Assembly (NCBI RefSeq): GCF_009914755.1
Contig: NC_060933.1
Strand: one strand, 5' to 3'
From: the human T2T-CHM13v2.0 reference genome, Homo sapiens
DNA: 64,000 nt
Each line of letters starts with the position of its first letter. The stretch's first letter is position 1. The position numbers and the translations under genes are program-made. Shown in pieces: positions 13,145 to 26,080 of this stretch. The notes under the pieces were generated by a model. The model ran no database searches and was not told the origin of the DNA. It saw only the letters and a list, made by a program, of their open reading frames with translations.

Positions 13145-16100
13145 CAGAAGCATTCTCAGAAACTTGTTTGTGATGTGTGTATTCAACTAACAGAGATGAA
13201 CCTTTCTTTTTACAGAGCAGTTTTGAAACACTCTTTTTGTGGAATCTGAAAGTGGATATTTGGATAGCTTTGAGGATTTCGTTGGAAACGGGATTACATA
13301 TAAAATCTAGAGAGAAGCATTCTCGGGAACTTCTTTGTGATGTTTGCATTCAAGTCACAGAACTGAACATTCCCTTTCATAGAGCATGTTTGAAACACTC
13401 TTTCTGTAGTATCTGCAAGCGGACGTTTCAAGCGCTTTCAGGCCTATGGTGAGAAAGGAAATATCTTCAAGTAAAAACTAGACAGAAGCATTCTCAGAAA
13501 CTTATTTGCCATGTGTGTTCTCAACTAACAGAGTTGAACCTTTGTTTTGATACGGCATTTTGGAAACACTCTTTTTGTAGAATCTGCAGGTGGATATTCG
13601 GATAGCTTTGAAGGTTTCGTTGGAAACGGGAATATCTTCATATAAAATCTAGACGGAAGCATTCTCAGAAACTGCTTTGTGATGTTTTCATTCAAGTCAC
13701 AGAGTAGAATGTTCCCTTTTATATACCAGGTTTGAGACACTCTTTCTGCACTATCTGGAAGTGGACATTTGGAGCGCTTTGAGGCCTATGATGAAAAAGG
13801 AAATATCTTCCCATAAAAACTAGACAGAAGCATTCTCAGAAACTTGTTTGTGATGTGTGTATTCAACTAACAGAGATGAACCTTTCTTTTTACAGAGCAG
13901 TTTTGAAACACTCTTTTTGTGGAATCTGAAAGTGGATATTTGGATAGCTTTGAGGATTTCGTTGGAAACGGGATTACATATAAAATCTAGAGAGAAGCAT
14001 TCTCAGGAACTTCTTTGTGACGTTTGCATTCACGTCACAGAACTGAACATTCCCTTTCATAGAGCATGTTTGAAACACTCTTTCTGTAGTATCTGCAAAC
14101 GGACATTTCAAGCGCTTTCAGGCCTATGGTAAGAAAGGAAATATCTTCAAATAAAAACTAGACAGAAGCATTCTCAGAAACTTATTTGCGATGTGTGTCC
14201 TCAACTAACAGAGTTGAACCTTTGTTTTGATACAACATTTTGGAAACACTCTTTTTGTAGTATCTGCAAGTGGATATTTGGATAGCTTTGAAGGTTTCGT
14301 TGGAAACGGGAATATCTTCATATAAAATCAAGACAGAAGCATTCTCAGAAACTTCTCTGTGATGTTTGCATTCAACTCATAGAGGTGAACACTTCCCTTC
14401 ATAGAGCAGGTTTGAAACACTCTTTTTGTAATATTTGGAAGTGGACATTTGCAGCGCTTTGAGGCCTATGTTGAAAAAGGAAATATCTTCTCCTAAAAAC
14501 CAGACAGAAGCATTCTCAGAAACTTCCTTGTGATGTGTGTACTCAAGTAACAGAGTTGAACCTTCCTTTTGACAGAGCCGTTTTGAAACAGTCTTTTTGT
14601 AGAATCTGGAAGTAGATATTTGGATACCTTTGAGGATTTCTTTGGAAACGGGATATCTTCATATAAAATCTAGACAGAAGCATTCTCACAAACTTCTTTG
14701 TGCTGTATGTCCTCAATTAACAGAGTTGAAACTTTGTGTGGATACAGCATTTTGGAAACACTCCTTTAGTAGTATATGCAAGTTGATATTTAGATAGCTA
14801 GGAAGATTTCCTTGGAAACGGGAATATCTTCATATAAAATCTAGACGGAAGCATTCTCAGAAAGTGCTTTGTGATGTTTGCATTCAAGTCACAGAGTTGA
14901 ATATTCCCTTTTATAGAGCAGGTTTGAAACACTCTTTCTGCACTACCTGGAAGTGGACATTTGGAGCGCTTTGAGGCCTATGTTGAAAAAGGAAATAACT
15001 TCCCATAAAAACTAGACAGAAGCATTCTCAGAAACTTGTTTGTGATGTGTGTATTCAACTAACAGAGATGAACCTTTCTTTTTACAGAGCAGTTTTGAAA
15101 CACTCTTTTTGTGGAATCTGAAAGTGGATATTTGGATAGCTTTGAGGATTTCGTTGGAAACGGGATTACATATAAAATCTAGAGAGAAGCATTCTCAGGA
15201 ACTTCTTTGTGATGTTTGCATTCAAGTCACAGAACTGAACATTCCCTTTCATAGAGCATGTTTGAAACACTCTTTCTGTAGTATCTGCAAGCGGACGTTA
15301 CAAGCGCTTTCAGGCCTATGGTGAGAAAGGAAATATCTTCAAGTAAAAACTAGACAGAAGCATTCTCAGAAACTTATTTGCCATGTGTGTTCTCAACTAA
15401 CAGAGTTGAACCTATGTTTTGATACGGCATTTTGGAAACACTCTTTTTGTAGAATCTGCAGGTGGATATTCGGATAGCTTTGAAGGTTTCGTTGGAAACG
15501 GGAATATCTTCATATAAAATCTAGACGGAAGCATTCTCAGAAACTGCTTTGTGATATTTTCATTCAAGTCACAGAGTAGAATGTTCCCTTTTATATACCA
15601 GGTTTGAGACACTCTTTCTGCACTATCTGGAAGTGGACATTTGGAGCGCTTTGAGGCCGATGATAAAAAAGGAAATATCTTCCCATAAAAACTAGACAGA
15701 AGCATTCTCAGGAACTTGTTTGTGATGTGTGTATTCAACTAACAGAGATGAACCTTTCTTTTTACAGAGCAGTTTTGAAACACTCTTTTTGTGGAATCTG
15801 AAAGTGGATATTTGGATAGCTTTGAGGATTTCGTTGGAAACGGGATTACATATAAAATCTAGAGAGAAGCATTCTCAGGAACTTCTTTGTGACGTTTGCA
15901 TTCACGTCACAGAACTGAACATTCCCTTTCTTAGAGCATGTTTGAAACACTCTTTCTGTAGTATCTGCAAACGGACATTTCAAGCGCTTTCAGGCCTATG
16001 GTAAGAAAGGAAATATCTTCAAATAAAAACTAGACAGAAGCATTCTCAGAAACTTATTTGCGATGTGTGTCCTCAACTAACAGAGTTGAACCTTTGTTTT

Positions 16101-16888
16101 GATACAACATTTTGGAAACACTCTTTTTGTAGAATCTGCAAGTGGATATTTGGATAGCTTTGAAGGTTTCGTTGGATACGGGAATATCTTCATATAAAAT
16201 CAAGACAGAAGCATTCTCAGAAACTTCTCTGTGATGTTTGCATTCAACTCATAGAGTTGAACACTTCCCTTCATAGAGCAGGTTTGAAACACTCTTTTTG
16301 TAATATTTGGAAGTGGACATTTGCAGCGCTTTGAGGCCTATGTTGAAAAAGGAAATATCTTCTCCTAAAAAGCAGACAGAAGCATTCTCAGAAACTTCCT
16401 TGTGATGTGTGTACTCAAGTAACAGAGTTGAACCTTACTTTTGACAGAGCCGTTTTGAAACAGTCTTTTTGTAGAATCTGGAAGTAGATATTTGGATACA
16501 TTTGAGGATTTCTTTGGAAACGGGATATCTTCATATAAAATCTAGACAGAAGCATTCTCAGAAACTTCTTTGTGCTGTATGTCCTCAATTAACAGAGTTG
16601 AACCTTTGTGTGGATACAGCATTTTGGAAACATTCCTTTAGTAGAATCTGCAAGTTGATATTTAGATAGCTAGGAAGATTTCCTTGGAAACGGGAATATC
16701 TTCATATAAAATCTAGACGGAAGCATTCTCAGAAAGTGCTTTGTGATGTTTGCATTCAAGTCACAGAGTTGAATATTCCCTTTTATAGAGCAGGTTTGAA
16801 ACACTCTTTCTGCACTACCTGGAAGTGGACATTTGGAGCGCTTTGAGGCCTATGTTGAAAAAGGAAATATCTTCCCATAAAAACTAGA

Positions 16889-18080
16889 CAGAAGCATTCT
16901 CAGAAACTTGTTTGTGATGTGTGTATTCAACTAACAGAGATGAACCTTTCTTTTTACAAAGCAGTTTTGAAACACTCTTTTTGTGGAATCTGAAAGTGGA
17001 TATTTGGATAGCTTTGAGGATTTCGTTGGAAACGGGATTACATATAAACTCTAGAGAGAAGCATTCTCAGGAACTTCTTTGTGATGTTTGCATTCAAGTC
17101 ACAGAACTGAACATTCCCTTTCATAGAGCATGTTTGAAACACTCTTTCTGTAGTATCTGCAAGCGGACGTTTCAAGCGCTTTCAGGCCTATGGTGAGAAA
17201 GGAAATATCTTCAAGTAAAAACTAGACAGAAGCATTCTCAGAAACTTATTTGCGATGTGTGTCCTCAACTAACAGAGTTGAACCTTTGTTTTGATACAAC
17301 ATTTTGGAAACACTCTTTTTGTAGAATCTGCAAGTGGATATTTGGATAGCTTTGAAGGTTTCGTTGGAAACGGGAATATCTTCATATAAAATCAAGACAG
17401 AAGCATTCTCAGAAACTTCTCTGTGATGTTTGCATTCAACTCATAGAGGTGAACACTTCCCTTCATAGAGCAGGTTTGAAACACTCTTTTTGTAATATTT
17501 GGAAGTGGACATTTACAGCGCTTTGAGGCCTATGTTGAAAAAGGAAATATCTTCTCCTAAAAACCAGACAGAAGCATTCTCAGAAACTTCCTTGTGATGT
17601 GTGTACTCAAGTAACAGAGTTGAACCTTACTTTTGACAGAGCCGTTTTGAAACAGTCTTTTTGTAGAATCTGGAAGTAGATATTTGGATACATTTGAGGA
17701 TTTCTTTGGAAACGGGATATCTTCATATAAAATCTAGACAGAAGCATTCTCAGAAACTTCTTTGTGCTGTATGTCCTCAATTAACAGAGTTGAACCTTTG
17801 TGTGGATACAGCATTTTGGAAACATTCCTTTAGTAGAATCTGCAAGTTGATATTCAGATAGCTAGGAAGATTTCCTTGGAAACGGGAATATCTTCATATA
17901 AAATCTAGACGGAAGCATTCTCAGAAAGTGCTTTGTGATGTTTGCATTCAAGTCACAGAGTTGAATATTCCCTTTTATAGAGCAGGTTTGAAACACTCTT
18001 TCTGCACTACCTGGAAGTGGACATTTGGAGCGCTTTGAGGCCTATGTTGAAAAAGGAAATATCTTCCCATAAAAACTAGA
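16889..18080 (+). repeat. 7-mer HOR variant, junction type I
   Basis: ORF spacing 16921 to 18113 = 1192; same markers as the unit at 11953. Confidence 0.93.
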
Positions 18081-21000
18081 CAGAAGCATTCTCAGAAACT
18101 TGTTTGTGATGTGTGTATTCAACTAACAGAGATGAACCTTTCTTTTTACAGAGCAGTTTTGAAACACTCTTTTTGTGGAATCTGAAAGTGGATATTTGGA
18201 TAGCTTTGAGGATTTCGTTGGAAACGGGATTACATATAAAATCTAGAGAGAAGCATTCTCGGGAACTTCTTTGTGATGTTTGCATTCAAGTCACAGAACT
18301 GAACATTCCCTTTCATAGAGCATGTTTGAAACACTCTTTCTGTAGTATCTGCAAGCGGACGTTTCAAGCGCTTTCAGGCCTATGGTGAGAAAGGAAATAT
18401 CTTCAAGTAAAAACTAGACAGAAGCATTCTCAGAAACTTATTTGCCATGTGTGTTCTCAACTAACAGAGTTGAACCTTTGTTTTGATACGGCATTTTGGA
18501 AACACTCTTTTTGTAGAATCTGCAGGTGGATATTCGGATAGCTTTGAAGGTTTCGTTGGAAACGGGAATATCTTCATATAAAATCTAGACGGAAGCATTC
18601 TCAGAAACTGCTTTGTGATGTTTTCATTCAAGTCACAGAGTAGAATGTTCCCTTTTATATACCAGGTTTGAGACACTCTTTCTGCACTATCTGGAAGTGG
18701 ACATTTGGAGCGCTTTGAGGCCTATGATGAAAAAGGAAATATCTTCCCATAAAAACTAGACAGAAGCATTCTCAGAAACTTGTTTGTGATGTGTGTATTC
18801 AACTAACAGAGATGAACCTTTCTTTTTACAGAGCAGTTTTGAAACACTCTTTTTGTGGAATCTGAAAGTGGATATTTGGATAGCTTTGAGGATTTCGTTG
18901 GAAACGGGATTACATATAAAATCTAGAGAGAAGCATTCTCAGGAACTTCTTTGTGACGTTTGCATTCACGTCACAGAACTGAACATTCCCTTTCATAGAG
19001 CATGTTTGAAACACTCTTTCTGTAGTATCTGCAAACGGACATTTCAAGCGCTTTCAGGCCTATGGTAAGAAAGGAAATATCTTCAAATAAAAACTAGACA
19101 GAAGCATTCTCAGAAACTTATTTGCGATGTGTGTCCTCAACTAACAGAGTTGAACCTTTGTTTTGATACAACATTTTGGAAACACTCTTTTTGTAGTATC
19201 TGCAAGTGGATATTTGGATAGCTTTGAAGGTTTCGTTGGAAACGGGAATATCTTCATATAAAATCAAGACAGAAGCATTCTCAGAAACTTCTCTGTGATG
19301 TTTGCATTCAACTCATAGAGGTGAACACTTCCCTTCATAGAGCAGGTTTGAAACACTCTTTTTGTAATATTTGGAAGTGGACATTTGCAGCGCTTTGAGG
19401 CCTATGTTGAAAAAGGAAATATCTTCTCCTAAAAACCAGACAGAAGCATTCTCAGAAACTTCCTTGTGATGTGTGTACTCAAGTAACAGAGTTGAACCTT
19501 CCTTTTGACAGAGCCGTTTTGAAACAGTCTTTTTGTAGAATCTGGAAGTAGATATTTGGATACCTTTGAGGATTTCTTTGGAAACGGGATATCTTCATAT
19601 AAAATCTAGACAGAAGCATTCTCACAAACTTCTTTGTGCTGTATGTCCTCAATTAACAGAGTTGAAACTTTGTGTGGATACAGCATTTTGGAAACACTCC
19701 TTTAGTAGTATATGCAAGTTGATATTTAGATAGCTAGGAAGATTTCCTTGGAAACGGGAATATCTTCATATAAAATCTAGACGGAAGCATTCTCAGAAAG
19801 TGCTTTGTGATGTTTGCATTCAAGTCACAGAGTTGAATATTCCCTTTTATAGAGCAGGTTTGAAACACTCTTTCTGCACTACCTGGAAGTGGACATTTGG
19901 AGCGCTTTGAGGCCTATGTTGAAAAAGGAAATAACTTCCCATAAAAACTAGACAGAAGCATTCTCAGAAACTTGTTTGTGATGTGTGTATTCAACTAACA
20001 GAGATGAACCTTTCTTTTTACAGAGCAGTTTTGAAACACTCTTTTTGTGGAATCTGAAAGTGGATATTTGGATAGCTTTGAGGATTTCGTTGGAAACGGG
20101 ATTACATATAAAATCTAGAGAGAAGCATTCTCAGGAACTTCTTTGTGATGTTTGCATTCAAGTCACAGAACTGAACATTCCCTTTCATAGAGCATGTTTG
20201 AAACACTCTTTCTGTAGTATCTGCAAGCGGACGTTACAAGCGCTTTCAGGCCTATGGTGAGAAAGGAAATATCTTCAAGTAAAAACTAGACAGAAGCATT
20301 CTCAGAAACTTATTTGCCATGTGTGTTCTCAACTAACAGAGTTGAACCTATGTTTTGATACGGCATTTTGGAAACACTCTTTTTGTAGAATCTGCAGGTG
20401 GATATTCGGATAGCTTTGAAGGTTTCGTTGGAAACGGGAATATCTTCATATAAAATCTAGACGGAAGCATTCTCAGAAACTGCTTTGTGATATTTTCATT
20501 CAAGTCACAGAGTAGAATGTTCCCTTTTATATACCAGGTTTGAGACACTCTTTCTGCACTATCTGGAAGTGGACATTTGGAGCGCTTTGAGGCCGATGAT
20601 AAAAAAGGAAATATCTTCCCATAAAAACTAGACAGAAGCATTCTCAGGAACTTGTTTGTGATGTGTGTATTCAACTAACAGAGATGAACCTTTCTTTTTA
20701 CAGAGCAGTTTTGAAACACTCTTTTTGTGGAATCTGAAAGTGGATATTTGGATAGCTTTGAGGATTTCGTTGGAAACGGGATTACATATAAAATCTAGAG
20801 AGAAGCATTCTCAGGAACTTCTTTGTGACGTTTGCATTCACGTCACAGAACTGAACATTCCCTTTCTTAGAGCATGTTTGAAACACTCTTTCTGTAGTAT
20901 CTGCAAACGGACATTTCAAGCGCTTTCAGGCCTATGGTAAGAAAGGAAATATCTTCAAATAAAAACTAGACAGAAGCATTCTCAGAAACTTATTTGCGAT

Positions 21001-21824
21001 GTGTGTCCTCAACTAACAGAGTTGAACCTTTGTTTTGATACAACATTTTGGAAACACTCTTTTTGTAGAATCTGCAAGTGGATATTTGGATAGCTTTGAA
21101 GGTTTCGTTGGATACGGGAATATCTTCATATAAAATCAAGACAGAAGCATTCTCAGAAACTTCTCTGTGATGTTTGCATTCAACTCATAGAGTTGAACAC
21201 TTCCCTTCATAGAGCAGGTTTGAAACACTCTTTTTGTAATATTTGGAAGTGGACATTTGCAGCGCTTTGAGGCCTATGTTGAAAAAGGAAATATCTTCTC
21301 CTAAAAAGCAGACAGAAGCATTCTCAGAAACTTCCTTGTGATGTGTGTACTCAAGTAACAGAGTTGAACCTTACTTTTGACAGAGCCGTTTTGAAACAGT
21401 CTTTTTGTAGAATCTGGAAGTAGATATTTGGATACATTTGAGGATTTCTTTGGAAACGGGATATCTTCATATAAAATCTAGACAGAAGCATTCTCAGAAA
21501 CTTCTTTGTGCTGTATGTCCTCAATTAACAGAGTTGAACCTTTGTGTGGATACAGCATTTTGGAAACATTCCTTTAGTAGAATCTGCAAGTTGATATTTA
21601 GATAGCTAGGAAGATTTCCTTGGAAACGGGAATATCTTCATATAAAATCTAGACGGAAGCATTCTCAGAAAGTGCTTTGTGATGTTTGCATTCAAGTCAC
21701 AGAGTTGAATATTCCCTTTTATAGAGCAGGTTTGAAACACTCTTTCTGCACTACCTGGAAGTGGACATTTGGAGCGCTTTGAGGCCTATGTTGAAAAAGG
21801 AAATATCTTCCCATAAAAACTAGA

Positions 21825-23016
21825 CAGAAGCATTCTCAGAAACTTGTTTGTGATGTGTGTATTCAACTAACAGAGATGAACCTTTCTTTTTACAAAGCAG
21901 TTTTGAAACACTCTTTTTGTGGAATCTGAAAGTGGATATTTGGATAGCTTTGAGGATTTCGTTGGAAACGGGATTACATATAAACTCTAGAGAGAAGCAT
22001 TCTCAGGAACTTCTTTGTGATGTTTGCATTCAAGTCACAGAACTGAACATTCCCTTTCATAGAGCATGTTTGAAACACTCTTTCTGTAGTATCTGCAAGC
22101 GGACGTTTCAAGCGCTTTCAGGCCTATGGTGAGAAAGGAAATATCTTCAAGTAAAAACTAGACAGAAGCATTCTCAGAAACTTATTTGCGATGTGTGTCC
22201 TCAACTAACAGAGTTGAACCTTTGTTTTGATACAACATTTTGGAAACACTCTTTTTGTAGAATCTGCAAGTGGATATTTGGATAGCTTTGAAGGTTTCGT
22301 TGGAAACGGGAATATCTTCATATAAAATCAAGACAGAAGCATTCTCAGAAACTTCTCTGTGATGTTTGCATTCAACTCATAGAGGTGAACACTTCCCTTC
22401 ATAGAGCAGGTTTGAAACACTCTTTTTGTAATATTTGGAAGTGGACATTTACAGCGCTTTGAGGCCTATGTTGAAAAAGGAAATATCTTCTCCTAAAAAC
22501 CAGACAGAAGCATTCTCAGAAACTTCCTTGTGATGTGTGTACTCAAGTAACAGAGTTGAACCTTACTTTTGACAGAGCCGTTTTGAAACAGTCTTTTTGT
22601 AGAATCTGGAAGTAGATATTTGGATACATTTGAGGATTTCTTTGGAAACGGGATATCTTCATATAAAATCTAGACAGAAGCATTCTCAGAAACTTCTTTG
22701 TGCTGTATGTCCTCAATTAACAGAGTTGAACCTTTGTGTGGATACAGCATTTTGGAAACATTCCTTTAGTAGAATCTGCAAGTTGATATTCAGATAGCTA
22801 GGAAGATTTCCTTGGAAACGGGAATATCTTCATATAAAATCTAGACGGAAGCATTCTCAGAAAGTGCTTTGTGATGTTTGCATTCAAGTCACAGAGTTGA
22901 ATATTCCCTTTTATAGAGCAGGTTTGAAACACTCTTTCTGCACTACCTGGAAGTGGACATTTGGAGCGCTTTGAGGCCTATGTTGAAAAAGGAAATATCT
23001 TCCCATAAAAACTAGA
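21825..23016 (+). repeat. 7-mer HOR variant, junction type I
   Basis: ORF spacing 21857 to 23049 = 1192; same markers. Confidence 0.93.
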
Positions 23017-24888
23017 CAGAAGCATTCTCAGAAACTTGTTTGTGATGTGTGTATTCAACTAACAGAGATGAACCTTTCTTTTTACAGAGCAGTTTTGAAA
23101 CACTCTTTTTGTGGAATCTGAAAGTGGATATTTGGATAGCTTTGAGGATTTCGTTGGAAACGGGATTACATATAAAATCTAGAGAGAAGCATTCTCGGGA
23201 ACTTCTTTGTGATGTTTGCATTCAAGTCACAGAACTGAACATTCCCTTTCATAGAGCATGTTTGAAACACTCTTTCTGTAGTATCTGCAAGCGGACGTTT
23301 CAAGCGCTTTCAGGCCTATGGTGAGAAAGGAAATATCTTCAAGTAAAAACTAGACAGAAGCATTCTCAGAAACTTATTTGCCATGTGTGTTCTCAACTAA
23401 CAGAGTTGAACCTTTGTTTTGATACGGCATTTTGGAAACACTCTTTTTGTAGAATCTGCAGGTGGATATTCGGATAGCTTTGAAGGTTTCGTTGGAAACG
23501 GGAATATCTTCATATAAAATCTAGACGGAAGCATTCTCAGAAACTGCTTTGTGATGTTTTCATTCAAGTCACAGAGTAGAATGTTCCCTTTTATATACCA
23601 GGTTTGAGACACTCTTTCTGCACTATCTGGAAGTGGACATTTGGAGCGCTTTGAGGCCTATGATGAAAAAGGAAATATCTTCCCATAAAAACTAGACAGA
23701 AGCATTCTCAGAAACTTGTTTGTGATGTGTGTACTCAACTAACAGAGATGAACCTTTCTTTTTACAGAGCAGTTTTGAAACACTCTTTTTGTGGAATCTG
23801 AAAGTGGATATTTGGATAGCTTTGAGGATTTCGTTGGAAACGGGATTACATATAAAATCTAGAGAGAAGCATTCTCAGGAACTTCTTTGTGATGTTTGCA
23901 TTCACGTCACAGAACTGAACATTCCCTTTCATAGAGCATGTTTGAAACACTCTTTCTGTAGTATCTGCAGACGGACATTTCAAGCGCTTTCAGGCCTATG
24001 GTAAGAAAGGAAATATCTTCAAATAAAAACTAGACAGAAGCATTCTCAGAAACTTATTTGCGATGTGTGTCCTCAACTAACAGAGTTGAACCTTTGTTTT
24101 GATACAACATTTTGGAAACACTCTTTTTGTAGAATCTGCAAGTGGATATTTGGATAGCTTTGAAGGTTTCGTTGCAAACGGGAATATCTTCATATAAAAT
24201 CAAGACAGAAGCATTCTCAGAAACTTCTCTGTGATGTTTGCATTCAACTCATAGAGTTGAACACTTCCCTTCATAGAGCAGGTTTGAAACACTCTTTTTG
24301 TAATATTTGGAAGTGGACATTTGCAGCGCTTTGAGGCCTATGTTGAAAAAGGAAATATCTTCTCCTAAAAACCAGACAGAAGCATTCTCAGAAACTTCCT
24401 TGTGATGTGTGTACTCAACTAACAGAGTTGAACCTTCCTTTTGACAGAGCCGTTTTGAAACAGTCTTTTTGTAGAATCTGGAAGTAGATATTTGGATACC
24501 TTTGAGGATTTCTTTGGAAACGGGATATCTTCATATAAAATCTAGACAGAAGCATTCTCAGAAACTTCTTTGTGCTGTATGTCCTCAATTAACAGAGTTG
24601 AACCTTTGTGTGGATACAGCATTTTGGAAACATTCCTTTAGTAGAATCTGCAAGTTGATATTTAGATAGCTAGGAAGATTTCCTTGGAAACGGGAATATC
24701 TTCATATAAAATCTAGACGGAAGCATTCTCAGAAAGTGCTTTGTGATGTTTGCATTCAAGTCACAGAGTTGAATATTCCCTTTTATAGAGCAGGTTTGAA
24801 ACACTCTTTCTGCACTACCTGGAAGTGGACATTTGGAGCGCTTTGAGGCCTATGCTGAAAAAGGAAATATCTTCCCATAAAAACTAGA

Positions 24889-26080
24889 CAGAAGCATTCT
24901 CAGAAACTTGTTTGTGATGTGTGTATTCAACTAACAGAGATGAACCTTTCTTTTTACAAAGCAGTTTTGAAACACTCTTTTTGTGGAATCTGAAAGTGGA
25001 TATTTGGATAGCTTTGAGGATTTCGTTGGAAACGGGATTACATATAAAATCTAGAGAGAAGCATTCTCAGGAACTTCTTTGTGATGTTTGCATTCAAGTC
25101 ACAGAACTGAACATTCCCTTTCATAGAGCATGTTTGAAACACTCTTTCTGTAGTATCTGCAAGCGGACGTTTCAAGCGCTTTCAGGCCTATGGTGAGAAA
25201 GGAAATATCTTCAAGTAAAAACTAGACAGAAGCATTCTCAGAAACTTATTTGCGATGTGTGTCCTCAACTAACAGAGTTGAACCTTTGTTTTGATACAAC
25301 ATTTTGGAAACACTCTTTTTGTAGAATCTGCAAGTGGATATTTGGATAGCTTTGAAGGTTTCGTTGGAAACGGGAATATCTTCATATAAAATCAAGACAG
25401 AAGCATTCTCAGAAACTTCTCTGTGATGTTTGCATTCAACTCATAGAGGTGAACACTTCCCTTCATAGAGCAGGTTTGAAACACTCTTTTTGTAATATTT
25501 GGAAGTGGACATTTACAGCGCTTTGAGGCCTATGTTGAAAAAGGAAATATCTTCTCCTAAAAACCAGACAGAAGCATTCTCAGAAACTTCCTTGTGATGT
25601 GTGTACTCAAGTAACAGAGTTGAACCTTACTTTTGACAGAGCCGTTTTGAAACAGTCTTTTTGTAGAATCTGGAAGTAGATATTTGGATACATTTGAGGA
25701 TTTCTTTGGAAACGGGATATCTTCATATAAAATCTAGACAGAAGCATTCTCAGAAACTTCTTTGTGCTGTATGTCCTCAATTAACAGAGTTGAACCTTTG
25801 TGTGGATACAGCATTTTGGAAACATTCCTTTAGTAGAATCTGCAAGTTGATATTTAGATAGCTAGGAAGATTTCCTTGGAAACGGGAATATCTTCATATA
25901 AAATCTAGACGGAAGCATTCTCAGAAAGTGCTTTGTGATGTTTGCATTCAAGTCACAGAGTTGAATATTCCCTTTTATAGAGCAGGTTTGAAACACTCTT
26001 TCTGCACTACCTGGAAGTGGACATTTGGAGCGCTTTGAGGCCTATGTTGAAAAAGGAAATATCTTCCCATAAAAACTAGA
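24889..26080 (+). repeat. 7-mer HOR variant, junction type I
   Basis: ORF spacing 24921 to 26113 = 1192; carries the 'tacaaag', 'atttacag' and 'tacatttg' markers. Confidence 0.93.

Larger units (their letters stand above)
8500..23730 (+). repeat. About three tandem copies of a 4936-bp super-repeat (11+11+7 = 29 monomers)
   Basis: Variant ORFs recur at exactly +4936: 10113/15049/19985, 10476/15412/20348, 10793/15729/20665 (PFLR), 13177/18113/23049 (HSRE). Boundaries are approximate. Confidence 0.93.
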
